A stretch of 64,000 nt of DNA from an uncultured Gemmatimonadales bacterium (lineage in GTDB: Bacteria > Gemmatimonadota > Gemmatimonadetes > Gemmatimonadales > GWC2-71-9). Of this stretch, positions 39,809-50,555 are shown piece after piece. Location of the stretch: assembly GCA_963730185.1 (NCBI GenBank), contig CAVSQW010000017.1:57780-121779 (forward strand), given 5' to 3'. A model generated the notes under the pieces. The model was not told the origin of the DNA. It made no database searches and saw only the letters and a list, made by a program, of their open reading frames with translations. A program made the translations under genes and the position numbers. Positions within the stretch are counted from its first letter, which is position 1. Each line of letters begins with the position of its first letter.

Positions 39809-41105
39809 TCAGACCGTCGCGAACGGCTCCTCGAGCGACGGGCTCTGTGGGGTGAACAGCTCGGCTCCGCTCTCGGTGATCAGCATGTCGTCTTCGAGCC
39901 GGATGCCGAACTCGCCGCGGATGTAGATCCCGGGCTCGTCGCTGAAGGTCATGCCCGGCGCGAGCGCCAGGGTGTTGCCGCGGACGAGGTAGGGCCACTC
40001 ATGGCCGTCCATGCCCATGCCGTGACCCACGCGGTGGGTGAAGTACTTGTAGTCGGGGCCGAAGCCGGCGTCGACGATCACCTGACGGGCGGCGGCGTCG
40101 ACCGCTTGGCATTCAAGGCCGGGTCGGGCAGTCCGGAGCGCGGTGGTCTGGGCCTTGTGTTCGATCTCGAAGACCTGCTTCATCCGGTCGGTGGCCTTGC
40201 CGAGGACGAACGTCCGGCTGATGTCCGACTGATAGCCATCGACCGGAACAGCCGCCGTCGATCAGCAGGATGGTGCCGGGCCGGACGACCTGGGGCTGCA
40301 CGGACCCGTGGGGCAGGGCCGAGTATTCGCCCGTCTGAACGCTGGCCCCGCCGGAGAATCCGAGCCGTTGGTGGGCCAACCGGACCAGCTCGCCGAAACG
40401 GGTCTGGGTCATGCCGTCTTCGAGCGCCCGATAGGCGGCCTCGTACGCCGCCAGGGTCACCTTGGCGGCCAGCCGCATCACGGCGATTTCCTGGGCCGAC
40501 TTGACGCCCCGACAGCCGGCGGTGATGGGCGTGGCGCTGGCCAGTCGGGCCGCCGGCATGGCGGCCCCGGTGCCGTCGCTGAAGACGTAGCGGACGGTTT
40601 CTTCGACGCCGATCGTTCCGGCGGCGGCGCCCAGCCCTCGGAGCCCCTCGGCGATCCGCTGATACGGGCTCTCGTGCTCCTCCCAGGTCAGCACCTCGGC
40701 CCCACCGGCGCCGAGCGGCCCGGCGCCGATCTGCTCCTCGGCGCGATCCCGCTCAAAGGCCGGACAGACGACGAAAGGCCGTCCCTTGGCCGGCAGGATG
40801 AGGGCGAACAGTCGCTCCGAGAGCCCCCACTGAATGTCGGTGAAGTACTTGAGCGAGGTGCCGCCGGTCAGCATCATCGCGCTCATCCCGCGCTCGGCCA
40901 GCATGCCCCGAGCGCGATCGAGCCGACCTTGCCGTTCGTCGTTGGTGATCGGCCGCACCTGGTCCTTCATGGACGTCAGCGCGGCGATGGAGGGAGGCAG
41001 GTCGGAGGAGGACGACTCAGCGGGGACCGGCTCGTGTTGGCAAGCCGCGAGGCTCCCGAGCGCGAGCGCGCCGGCGGAGCCCAGAAATTGGCGTCGGGAT
41101 GTCAT
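39809..41105 (-). CDS. Xaa-Pro (M24) peptidase, Tat lipoprotein (apparent frameshift near 40245)
   Basis: SRRQFL Tat motif, LAAC lipobox, HRVGHGMG, EPGIY, GIRLED. Confidence 0.9.
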
Positions 41106-41275
41106 GCGGAGAAGGTACGCTCCAGCCCCGGCGCGGGCCATCCCATGTCAGGGACAATCGATCTCAGGGCTGACGATGGTGTGTCGAGGGATGGATTGGG
41201 CCGGGTCAGTCGATGAGGGTCGAAGGACCCGGCGCGGGCTGGCCGCCGACCTGGAACGCTTGGGTGCGGTGTCGC

Positions 41276-43534
41276 TCAGAACGTGGCCCGGAGGGTGAGG
41301 GTCGGAATCGGCGGCACGTTCACGAGGCGCCGATAGCCGGTGGGTCGGCCGTTCTGATCGACGGCGAAGGTCCCGACTCCACGATCGCTGATCGGGGCGA
41401 CGGCCCCGAAGAGTAGATTGATCACCGACACGCCCACGATGAATCGGTCGTGCGCCGGACCACCGAACCCGACGGTGGCGCCGCCATCGATCCGGAAGGT
41501 GCCGCTGGTGCCGACACTGTTCTCGGCGCCGTACACGCGGAGTCCGAGCCGGGGGATCTGGGCCGGATCGAGGGGGCCCCCGGGAAGCTCCGACCGGACC
41601 GAGGCGACCTGGGGCGTGAGCGGCATTCCCGTGGCCGCGTCGAGCGCGCCGAAGAGCCGGATTCGGCCGAGCCGCGTCTGACCGAAGATCCGAAGCTGGT
41701 GCCGGCGATCCTGGGCCCAGCGAATCCAGTCCCCACCCCAGCTGCGCTCGGACACCGCGTAGGCGTAACTCAGCGACAGCGAGTGGGGACTGTCGGGTCC
41801 GCCGCGAAGGGCCAGCTGCGCCTCGACGCCCCGGGTGCGCGATCGCCCGAACCGAACGAACTCGAAGGGGTAGTACCGCTGGTCGGACTCGGGCCGGACC
41901 TCGCCGATGCCGCGGCCTCGGCTCAGATAGGCCGAGACCCGGAGCAGCAGCCGGTGGGCGAGGCGGGTCCGGACGTCGAGGCTCGCATGATCGACCTGGG
42001 CGACCGGGACGGTGTCGTTGGGAACGAACCAGAGCTCGAAGAAGTCCAGATCGGGCTCGCTCCGGGCGTCTGACAGGAGGTGGTACAGGCGACTGGCCCG
42101 CCCGGCGGCGGCGCTCAGCACGCTGCGGCCGCCGAGCGTCCATTGGAGCTGGAGCCGAGGCTCGAGGCTCACGATCGATCCGGCCAGGTCGGCCCGAAGC
42201 CCGGCCTCGAGCGCGACCCGGCCGATCCGGTGGGTGACGTCGAGCCAGGCTGCACCCTCGGGCCGACCAGCGGCGGTGTTGGCGGTCGGCGTCTGGGTGA
42301 CGCCGGATTCGGCCGCCGGGTCCACTCGGTTCTCTACCTGACGCCAGCCGACCGCGACGCCCAGGCCGATCCGGCTCCGGGGCGACAGCAGGTCGAGCTC
42401 GGCGGTCGTGGTGGCGCGGGTGAAGGTGTTCCGGAAGTCGGTCGGCGCGCCATACAGGCTCGGGACGTCGGCCCCCCGCTCGGCGAAGGTGGCCGCCGAT
42501 CCGGAGATCTCGAAGGTGGTCCGCTCCCGGTCGAGGAGCCGCCACCGGGTTCCCGCCATCAGGTTGTACCAGTCGAGGCTCTTTCGCTGGTTCGAGTTGA
42601 CCCGGTCCTGCGAGGCAAAGACCGTCACCCGTCCGGCGGGGCGATCGACCGGGCCCACCACCGCAGTGCCGTAGAGATCCTCGAAGTGGTAGGGGAAGGA
42701 CACGTCGGGCAGCAAATCGAGCGCTTTGAGGTGCAGGGTCCGGACGGCCCCGAAATACCGGAGGCCGGCGCCACCGCCGCCGCCGTAGGCCCCGATCGAT
42801 CCGAGGCTCAGACCGCCGCCGGCATGCCAACGGTCGACCCAGCCGCTCCGGCCGTCGATCTCGATGGCGCCGACGACCGAGCCACCCTCGGCCGCGGCGC
42901 CCGGTGCCGCGACTACCGAGACCTGCTCGGCCGCATCCGCCGGAAAGGACGAGAACACCCGACCCAAGTGATAGAGGTTCAGCACCTCGAACCCGTCGAT
43001 CCGGGTGGCGACTTCCTGGGCGTCGTAGCCGCGGATCATCGGCCGGGCCGAGAAGGGGCTGGTGAAGCTCACCCCGGGAATCAGGGCCAGCGATCGATAC
43101 ACGTCCGTCTCGACGGCGGGGGGGACCGATCGGGCCGCCTCCAGCGACATGACCCAGCGTCCCTGGGCCGAAAGGTCGAGGCTGGCCCCAGCGTCGGCCG
43201 CGACGATCAGGTCCGACACCACGGCCGGCGCCCGATCCAGGATCGCTCGGAGTGGGGCCGTCGGTTGGTCCCCGACCACCAGGGTGTCCGGCCGCCAGCC
43301 GATCGCGGTGATCACCAGGGTGTCCGGAAGCGGGTCGAGGGCCAGCCGAAACCGACCCAGGCCGTCGGTGGTGGCGGTCCGGCCCGCCCGGCGGGCGGCC
43401 ACCCGGGCTCCCGGAATCGGCGTCTCACCGACCGACCCCACCACCACCCCGCGAACGGTGGCCTGGGCCCGGACCGCCCGAGGCCCGACGGAGCCGAGAA
43501 CCACCAGGGCGAACAGGCCGCGGATCATTCCCAT
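41276..43534 (-). CDS. TonB-dependent receptor with N-terminal carboxypeptidase-regulatory-like domain
   Basis: PIPGARV..TTDGLGRF, IPGV/IRG plug, terminal Phe (LRATF). Confidence 0.85.
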   Translation of the reverse strand: MGMIRGLFALVVLGSVGPRAVRAQATVRGVVVGSVGETPIPGARVAARRAGRTATTDGLGRFRLALDPLPDTLVITAIGWRPDTLVVGDQPTAPLRAILDRAPAVVSDLIVAADAGASLDLSAQGRWVMSLEAARSVPPAVETDVYRSLALIPGVSFTSPFSARPMIRGYDAQEVATRIDGFEVLNLYHLGRVFSSFPADAAEQVSVVAAPGAAAEGGSVVGAIEIDGRSGWVDRWHAGGGLSLGSIGAYGGGGGAGLRYFGAVRTLHLKALDLLPDVSFPYHFEDLYGTAVVGPVDRPAGRVTVFASQDRVNSNQRKSLDWYNLMAGTRWRLLDRERTTFEISGSAATFAERGADVPSLYGAPTDFRNTFTRATTTAELDLLSPRSRIGLGVAVGWRQVENRVDPAAESGVTQTPTANTAAGRPEGAAWLDVTHRIGRVALEAGLRADLAGSIVSLEPRLQLQWTLGGRSVLSAAAGRASRLYHLLSDARSEPDLDFFELWFVPNDTVPVAQVDHASLDVRTRLAHRLLLRVSAYLSRGRGIGEVRPESDQRYYPFEFVRFGRSRTRGVEAQLALRGGPDSPHSLSLSYAYAVSERSWGGDWIRWAQDRRHQLRIFGQTRLGRIRLFGALDAATGMPLTPQVASVRSELPGGPLDPAQIPRLGLRVYGAENSVGTSGTFRIDGGATVGFGGPAHDRFIVGVSVINLLFGAVAPISDRGVGTFAVDQNGRPTGYRRLVNVPPIPTLTLRATF

Positions 43535-44229
43535 CGGATCACCCGCCGGACGGAAATCGCTCCACCGAGGTATCCGAACCCGCCTTCGACGTTGCTTCGC
43601 GGGATGTACTGCGGTGAGAAGAGGTACTCGTCGGCTTCCCGCGTGATCGCCGAGACCTCGAACGCGGCGATTCCGCGGGTCGCGGGCGGATCGACGAGCA
43701 GCTCGCCCGTGGTGGCCCGGCCGTTGGCGCCGAAATTGGTCCGAAATCGAGCTCCGCGGAGGTAGAAGGCGGTCGCGCCCACGGCGGTCCAGTGGAAGGG
43801 GACCAGCGTCGCGGCGCCGCCCGGCAGGACCAGTGTATCGGCCGGCAGGGCGATGTCGAACCGGGCGGGGACCACCGTCGCCGCGTGGATCGGGTTCCCG
43901 CGGATCGTGCCCGTCAACTCGTAGCGGGCCCCCCGTTCGATGCGAAGGATGGCCCGGAAGTACCCCGCGGAATCAAGGACCGGTGCCAGGTGGGCTCGAC
44001 CGGCAGGACCGGTCAGCGCCAGCGCGACCTGGCCGGCGGCGATCGGACCGCTCTCGGTCGGGAAGGCGCTGGGCGGGCTCGACCAGACCAGGCGGAAGAC
44101 CGTGGAGGTCGAGTCGGCGGTCAGGAGGCCCTCCACCACCGGCAGGGGCGGCGGCGGGTCGGGCAGGTCGACCACGGTGCGGCAGGCGGCGGGTGCGAGC
44201 AGGGCCAGGAGGGGGAACACACGGCGCAC
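43525..44229 (-). CDS. DUF4249-like lipoprotein
   Basis: Lipobox AAC, PVVEGLL, C-terminal SNVEGGFGYLG; coupled to the receptor. Confidence 0.75.
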   Translation of the reverse strand: MRRVFPLLALLAPAACRTVVDLPDPPPPLPVVEGLLTADSTSTVFRLVWSSPPSAFPTESGPIAAGQVALALTGPAGRAHLAPVLDSAGYFRAILRIERGARYELTGTIRGNPIHAATVVPARFDIALPADTLVLPGGAATLVPFHWTAVGATAFYLRGARFRTNFGANGRATTGELLVDPPATRGIAAFEVSAITREADEYLFSPQYIPRSNVEGGFGYLGGAISVRRVIRWE

Positions 44230-44383
44230 GGGACCTCGGTGGCGAGCGGTTGGACGGCCGTTCCGCGAGGTCAGCCCGATTCGCGGAGTTGCGCCATAAC
44301 CTGGCCGCCCATCCTCAACCGATCGTCAAATGCCGGTCCGGCCGGCCCGGCGCCGGACTGGGACCGGATCGCGCGACTGCGGG

Positions 44384-45268
44384 TCAGGCCTCCGGCGCGG
44401 CGGGGCGGGTCTCGATCACCAGGCTGCCACTTCGGACGTGGAGGTCGCGCTGGGGGAAGGGAATCTCGATTCCCTTGGCGGCGAGCGCGTCCCAGATCGC
44501 GAAGTTGAGGGCGCTGGCCAGCAGCTTCGGGGTGCTGATGAAGGCGCTGGTCCAGATCCGGAGCTCGAACAGCAGGGCGCTGTCGCCGAACTCGGTGAAG
44601 ATCACGTCCGGCTGGGGCTTGTCGGCCACGCCCTCGTGGTTCCGGGCAACCTCGAGCAGGGTGTCGCGGACGACCCGCGGATCCGACTGGTACGAGACCC
44701 CGACCGGCACCACGATCCGGACGCTCCCGCCGGTGAAGCTCCAGTTGGTCACCCGCTGGGTCACGAAGTCGTTGTTGGGGACGATGATCGCGATGTCGTC
44801 GTTGGTGACCACGGTGGTGGCGCGGCCTCCGATCCGCCGGACGGTGCCCAGCAGTCCGCCGATCTCGATCCGGTCGCCCACCTTGACCGGCTGCTCGAGG
44901 AGCAGGACCAGGCCGCTCACGAAGTTCCCGACCACGTTCTGGAGCCCGAAGCCGATGCCGACACCCAACGCGCCGCCGAGGACCGCGAGCGAGCTCAGGT
45001 CCACGCCCGTGGTCTGGAGCGCCACCAGAATGCCGAGCGCGACCAAGCCGTAGTAGGTGAGAGTGGCCGCCGCCTGAGCCGAGGCTGGTTTGATGCCTCG
45101 GGCCCGAAGACCTCGCTCGAGATAGCGGCGGACCAGCCGCCGGGTCAGCCAGAGGATGAGGACGGTGAGGACTAGAGTGAGGATCAGCTGTCCCCAGGTA
45201 ACGCTGGACCCGAACATGGGCGCGGAAAAGATCCTCTTCAGGTCGCTCACCAAGGGGACTTGCAGCAT
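44384..45268 (-). CDS. MscS mechanosensitive channel
   Basis: GVGIGFGLQNVVGNFVSG, KVGDRI, IEIPFPQRD. Confidence 0.94.
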   Translation of the reverse strand: MLQVPLVSDLKRIFSAPMFGSSVTWGQLILTLVLTVLILWLTRRLVRRYLERGLRARGIKPASAQAAATLTYYGLVALGILVALQTTGVDLSSLAVLGGALGVGIGFGLQNVVGNFVSGLVLLLEQPVKVGDRIEIGGLLGTVRRIGGRATTVVTNDDIAIIVPNNDFVTQRVTNWSFTGGSVRIVVPVGVSYQSDPRVVRDTLLEVARNHEGVADKPQPDVIFTEFGDSALLFELRIWTSAFISTPKLLASALNFAIWDALAAKGIEIPFPQRDLHVRSGSLVIETRPAAPEA

Positions 45269-45355
45269 TGCGGGTCCGGGGCTCGGGTGGGGAGGCCGAC
45301 GAGCCGGGCTCGCGCCCGGCCCGCTCCTGCCGTTGGTGCCAATATCGACCCGCCG

Positions 45356-46111
45356 TTACCCGAGGTCCAGCAGCGGTTCGGCCCGCCCCACCGCGTCCGC
45401 GACCTGTTCGAGCGACTCGGCGACGAAGAGCACGTCTTGGAGCCGGTCGATCGCGAAGGGCTGGCCGATGACGTCGTCGAGGTCGAATGGCCGGCGCTCG
45501 CATCCGGGCCCGAGCGCGTTCGCGGCGTCGCTGATCGAGGACACCAAGCCGCTGCCGTAGACCCGGACCTCGCCGGCTTCACGCACCAGCCCGAACTCCA
45601 CCGTGAACCAGAAGAGCCGGGCCAGGGCGGTGACCGCCGCGGGGTGGCGCGCTCGAGCCCCGAGCCGGCCGAAGCGGTGCAATAGGTCCGCGAATACGGG
45701 GTCGGAGTGGAGCGGGACGTGGCCGAATACGTCGTGGAAGATGTCGGGCTCCGGCAGGTAGTCGAGCCGCTCCGGCGGGCGGATGGTGATGGTGGTCGGG
45801 AAGCGGCGTCGGGCCAGCGAGCCGAAGAAGTCGGCGGCGGCGACAAAGCCGGCGACCGGCACCGCCTCCCAGCCGGTCAACGGCGCCAGCCGGCGGTTGA
45901 CCTCGACCAGGTCGGGGATTCGGTCGGGGGCGAGACCGATCCGCTCGATGCCCTCCAGCACGGCGCGGGCCCCGGTTCCGGCAAGGCCGGCCATCCGGCG
46001 GGCGTAGAGGCGGCGCCAGACGGCGTGGTCGAGACCGGTGTAGGCGTCCCACCGCTGCTCGGGAGGGGGCGCGCTCGGGCCGGCGGACGGCGGGGCATCG
46101 ACTCCAGACAT
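45356..46111 (-). CDS. phhA: Phenylalanine 4-monooxygenase
   Basis: DYLPEPDIFHDVFGHVP, LFWFTVEFGL, YGSGLVSS; GGAG RBS. Confidence 0.93.
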   Translation of the reverse strand: MSGVDAPPSAGPSAPPPEQRWDAYTGLDHAVWRRLYARRMAGLAGTGARAVLEGIERIGLAPDRIPDLVEVNRRLAPLTGWEAVPVAGFVAAADFFGSLARRRFPTTITIRPPERLDYLPEPDIFHDVFGHVPLHSDPVFADLLHRFGRLGARARHPAAVTALARLFWFTVEFGLVREAGEVRVYGSGLVSSISDAANALGPGCERRPFDLDDVIGQPFAIDRLQDVLFVAESLEQVADAVGRAEPLLDLG

Positions 46112-46138
46112 CGTCGGACTCCAGGGTGAGGGCACGAC

Positions 46139-46172
46139 AAAAAAGCGGCCCGTGGAGAATCCACGGACCGCT
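46139..46172 (-). terminator. Intrinsic terminator (attenuator) in the phhA leader
   Basis: AGCGGTCCGTGGA-TTC-TCCACGGGCCGC-TTTTTT, ending ~27 nt before the phhA ATG. Confidence 0.9.
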
Positions 46173-46194
46173 GGGACTTACCGGATCGGGAGTG

Positions 46195-46275
46195 CTAGCT
46201 CGGCACCCGCCTCCAGCCGCGGCCCGGGGAACGGGTCGCGTAGTAATACGAGCGGGCGGCGAGGTGAGCGATCAT
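46195..46275 (-). CDS. Tyr-rich attenuator leader peptide MIAHLAARSYYYATRSPGRGWRRVPS
   Basis: 26 codons plus TAG; TAT TAC TAC at 46248-46240; lies between promoter and terminator. Confidence 0.82.
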   Translation of the reverse strand: MIAHLAARSYYYATRSPGRGWRRVPS

Positions 46276-46282
46276 GGCGTCA

Positions 46283-46311
46283 AGAATGGCGGATCGGACC
46301 GGGTTCGGCAA
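46283..46311 (-). promoter_or_regulatory. Sigma-70-type promoter of the phhA leader
   Basis: TTGCCG-N17-CATTCT, 7 nt before the leader ATG. Confidence 0.65.
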
Positions 46312-46327
46312 GTCCGGCCGGGCCGGG

Positions 46328-46726
46328 TCACGGCCCGGAGTCGGCGGGGTCGGACGAAGGGTCGGCCAACCAGGAGCGGGCCGCGTCGGGGTCCGGAAAG
46401 ATCCGGAGCTCGGTCATGTCGCCGAGCATCTCGAGCATTCGCATCATCCCGTAGTTGCCCGGATCGGAGACGACGACGGCCCAGCGGCTGCCCCTGAGAT
46501 TCTGGCGCTCCTTGATGAACGTCGCGACGCCACGAACCAGCCCGGTCGGCGGCATCGAGAACCCGCGGCGGTCGCGGAAGAAGGCGAAGTCGGGCCGATA
46601 GCCCTCGTCCTGGAGCACTTCGTCGAGGGTGCGCACGAAGGCGTCGGGGTCCAGGCCGTCGGGGCCGACCAGGTCGACGATCCCGGCCTCGGGGTCGATG
46701 CGATAGGTCAGCGGCGCCCCGCTCAT
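46328..46726 (-). CDS. Hypothetical protein (SpoIIAA/STAS-SEC14-like)
   Basis: DRRG, RWAVVV, YGMMRM, IFPDPDAARSWL pattern. Confidence 0.65.
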   Translation of the reverse strand: MSGAPLTYRIDPEAGIVDLVGPDGLDPDAFVRTLDEVLQDEGYRPDFAFFRDRRGFSMPPTGLVRGVATFIKERQNLRGSRWAVVVSDPGNYGMMRMLEMLGDMTELRIFPDPDAARSWLADPSSDPADSGP

Positions 46727-46923
46727 GCGGGCGTCGCCTCGTCGCGGCCGGGCCGGTCGGGGATCGAAGTTCGCATCATTCGCGCAACCTAGTCGAGCCT
46801 CACGGCGAGCACTACCGCTCGCGCGTCTGAAACCCCGCCCGCGGCCCCGCCGTACGAGCCGACGGCCGTTCGGCCTCGGCTGCCGCGACCCATCTGGCAG
46901 GTCCTTCTCGATCGGAGCCCCAG

Positions 46924-48842
46924 ATGCGCGCCTCGCGGTTGCTTCGCCTGTCGTCCCTCCTCCTCTCGATCCCGCTGTTCGTCGCCCGGCCGAGCCCGCT
47001 CGCCGCCGCGGCCCCGCCGGACTCGTCGGCCCGGCGAGGACCGACCGACGCGGCGGAGCTCGAGGCCTTCCTCGACGGGGTGATGCGGGCCGAGCTCACC
47101 GACCGCCACATCGCCGGAGCCACGGTGGCCGTGGTCCGCGACGGTCGGCTCCTCCTCAGCAAGGGCTACGGCTACGCCGACGTGGCGAGCTCGGGCGCCG
47201 GTGGACCGGCCCGGACGCTCTTTCGGTCGGGTCGGTCAGCAAGCTCTTCACCTGGACGGCGGTGATGCAGCTGGTGGAGCAGGGCAAGCTCGACCTCGAC
47301 GCCGACGTCAACACCTATCTCGACTTCAAGATTCCCGACACCATCCCGAGCCCATCACCCTCCGCCACCTGCTCGACCCACACGGCCGGCTTCGAGGACG
47401 ACAATCGCGGCATGTAGGTCTACGACCCGGCCGAGCATCGCGCCGATCGGTGCCTGGCTCGCGACCCATCAGCCGGCCCGGGTCCGCCCGCCCGGCACCT
47501 ACTCCGTCGTACTCGAACTACGGCGCCGCGCTGGCGGGGTACATCGTCCAGCGGGTCTCCGGCCAACCGTTCGAGACCTACCTCGAGGAGCACCTGCTTG
47601 CGGCCGCTGGGCATGGACCACACCACCGGCCGCCAGCCGCTCCCGGCCGGCGCTCGCCGCCGACCCTCGGCTGGGCTACGCCTGGTCCGACGGGCGGTTG
47701 TGCCCCAGCCGTTCGAGCTGGTGAGCGGAGTGACACCGGCCGCGTCGATGAGCTCGACCGCCGCCGACATGGCCCGCTGGATGCTCGCCCACCTGAACGA
47801 CGGCGAGCTGGACGGCGCCCGGATCCTTTCGCCGGAGACCGCCGAGACGATGCAGGCCCATCAATTCGGCGGCGACCCGAGGATCACCGGATGGGGGTTC
47901 GGCTTCTACGAGCAATCGAGTCACGGCCTCCGGATCATCGGGCACGGCGGCGGCTCGGCCTGGTTCCACACCAACCTGTCGCTGATCCCGTCGGAGCGCC
48001 TCGGGCTCTTCGTCTCGTTCAACACCGAGACCGGCGCCCTCCTCGCGCTGGGGCGGTTCCTCGACCTCTTCCTCGATCACTACTACCCGGCCGCGGCGCC
48101 GCCCGCGGTGGCGATGGGCGGGCTCGAGCGGTTCGCCGGGACCTACCAGTTCAACCGGCGCTCGTTCACCTCCTTCCAGAAGGCGCTGACGCTCATGTCC
48201 GGGGTGCCGATCACCGCCCTCGGCGACTCGGCGCTGCTGGTCGGGCTGCCGTTCGGCGCGGCGCAGTACCTGCCGATCGACTCGATGCTCTTCGCCGAGA
48301 AGCACGGCTCGATGCGGCTGGCGTTCCGGGCGGATTCGAGCGGGCGGGTCACCCACGCCTTCTTGAGCCTCACGCCGTTCATGGTGCTCGACCGGCAGCC
48401 CTGGTACGCGCTCCCCCGGCTCCACCTGACCATCCTGATCGGCGGGCTCGCGGTGTTCGCGGGTGTCCTGCTCGGGGCGGTCAGCCGCTGGCTCCGGCGC
48501 CGGCGAGGGCTCGAGCCGGCCGCGCCTCCCCTGGCGGTCCGGGCACGGCGCCTGCTGGCGGGCGCCGCGGTCGCCAACCTGCTGTTCGCGATCCTCTTCG
48601 CCCTGGCGATGTCGGACCAGGTGTCGCTGATGTCGGACTCGCCCCGGCTGCTGGACGTGGCGCTGGCGCTGCCGTTGATCGGACTGGCGCTGGTGCTGGC
48701 CGGCGCCTGGACCGGAGCGCGGCTCGTGCGGGAGGGGGCCGGCACGGTCGGCGGGCGCTGGCGGCACTGGGCGGTGGTGGCGGTGGGGCTCGCCTTCGCG
48801 TGGTCGCTCTGGTTCTGGAACCTGCTGGGTGATAAGGGATGA
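46924..48842 (+). CDS. Serine hydrolase (beta-lactamase family) with C-terminal TM helices; several apparent frameshifts and a stop
   Basis: Signal peptide, GSVSKLF (SxxK), YSNYG, GHGGG spread over several frames. Confidence 0.8.
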
Positions 48843-48935
48843 AGGGATGGGGAGGGATGGGGGGAGATGGGAGGGTGGCCCCGCGCATCTCGCCCCATTC
48901 CCCCCCATCCCGCCCCATCCCTCCCCATCTTTCCC
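48834..48935. repeat. Inverted arrays of 10-nt repeats (GGGAGGGATG)n/(CATCCCTCCC)n
   Basis: About four G-rich units followed by five complementary C-rich units. Confidence 0.75.
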
Positions 48936-49024
48936 GCCGTCATCTACCCGTCATGCGGACGGAATAGCGTAATGGCGCGGGCATCGGTGCCCGCGCATCG
49001 TCTCACCCACCGAGGGGGGCACCC

Positions 49025-50043
49025 ATCCGGCACGCCGGCATTTCCGGTGGGCCGCTGCCCCTGGTCCTGATTGGCAGCGCCACTACGCTTCACGCGCAGT
49101 CACCCAACTACCACATCCTCGCCCGCCACGTGCTGGGCGGCGACGGCGGTTGGGACTACGTCACCGTCGACACCGCCGGCCGCCGGGTCTTCATCGCCCG
49201 CCAGAACCGGGTCATGGTCGTGGACCAGGAATCGGGCAAGCTCCTGGGCGAGATCCCGGGCCTCGACCGGGCCCATGGGGTCGCCTTCGCCTACGCCGCG
49301 GGGCACGGCTTTGCCACCTCGGGCGGTGACAGCACCGTGCTGATGTTCGATCTCAAGAGTCTCAAAGTCCTGGCCCGGACCACCGCGGCCGACGACGACG
49401 ACGCCCTGCTGTTCGATCCGGCCTCGGGCAAGATCGTCACCTTCAACGGCGACGCCCACTCGGCCAGCGTGATCGACCCGGTCAGTGGCCAGCGGATCGG
49501 CAACATCGACCTCGGGTCCAAGCCGGAGTCGGGCGCCACCGACGGCGCCGGCCACGTCTGGGTCAACCTCGAGGAGGCCGGCGAGATCGCCGAGGTCGAC
49601 GTGCCCGGCATGAAGGTGGTCCGGAAATGGTCGCTGGCGCCCTGCCAGTCGCCCACCGGCATGGCGATCGACGTCGCCCATCACCGGCTCTTCAGCGGCT
49701 GCCGGAACCGGATCATGGCCGTCTCCGACGCCGAGGCCGGAAAGCTGGTGGCCTCCGTGCCGATCGGCGGGGGGTGGACGGGAACGCCTTCGATCCGGCG
49801 GCGGGTTACGCCTTCAGCTCCAACGGCGAGGGATCGCTGACCGTGGTCGGCGAAGCCGGCGGAACGTTCTCGCCGGTCCAGACCCTCGAGACCATGCCCG
49901 GGGCCCGGACCGTGGGCTTCGATCCGCGAACCCACCGGCTCTACACCGTGAGCGCCAAGTTCGGGCCGGTGCCCGCGGGCGCCGGCCGCCGCCGGCCGCC
50001 GGTGCTGCCGGGGACCTTCACGCTGCTCGTGATCGGGCGCTGA
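49025..50043 (+). CDS. YncE-family beta-propeller protein (apparent frameshift near 49770; start reads ATC)
   Basis: GGDGGWDY, AHGVAF, PCQSPTGMAID, GARTVGFD; GAGGGG RBS before 49025. Confidence 0.8.
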
Positions 50044-50084
50044 GCGGCGCGCCGGCTCTTTTCCAGCTTTTCAGGGAGGACGAC

Positions 50085-50555
50085 ATGACGATCCACTGGT
50101 TCACCCCGCTCGCGACGGCCGCGGCCGTCCTGGTGCTCGCGTCCCCGGCGCGGGCCCAGGAGTCGAAGATCACCCGCGCCGACTTGCCCGCGGCGGTCGA
50201 GAAGACGGTGGCGACGGAGAGCCGGGGCGCCACCATCCGCGGCTTCAGCAAGGAGGTCGAGGGCGGGAAGACCTACTACGAGATGGAGCTGACCGTGAAC
50301 GGCCACGGGAAGGACGTGCTGATGGACGCGGCCGGCACGGTGGTCGAGGTGGAGGAGCAGGTGGCGCTCGACGCGCTGCCGGCGGCCGTCCGGACGGCCC
50401 TTCAGGCCAAGGCGGGCAAGGGGACCATCCGGCGGGTGGAGTCGCTCACCAAACACGGCACGCTGGTGGCGTACGAGGCCCAGGTGGTGACCGGCGGGAA
50501 GCGGTCGGAGGTGCAGGTGGGGCCGCACGGCGAGACGCTCGAGACGGAGCAGTAG
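50085..50555 (+). CDS. Secreted PepSY-like protein
   Basis: GGAGGA RBS, signal peptide, duplicated LPAAV..YE units. Confidence 0.78.
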   Translation: MTIHWFTPLATAAAVLVLASPARAQESKITRADLPAAVEKTVATESRGATIRGFSKEVEGGKTYYEMELTVNGHGKDVLMDAAGTVVEVEEQVALDALPAAVRTALQAKAGKGTIRRVESLTKHGTLVAYEAQVVTGGKRSEVQVGPHGETLETEQ

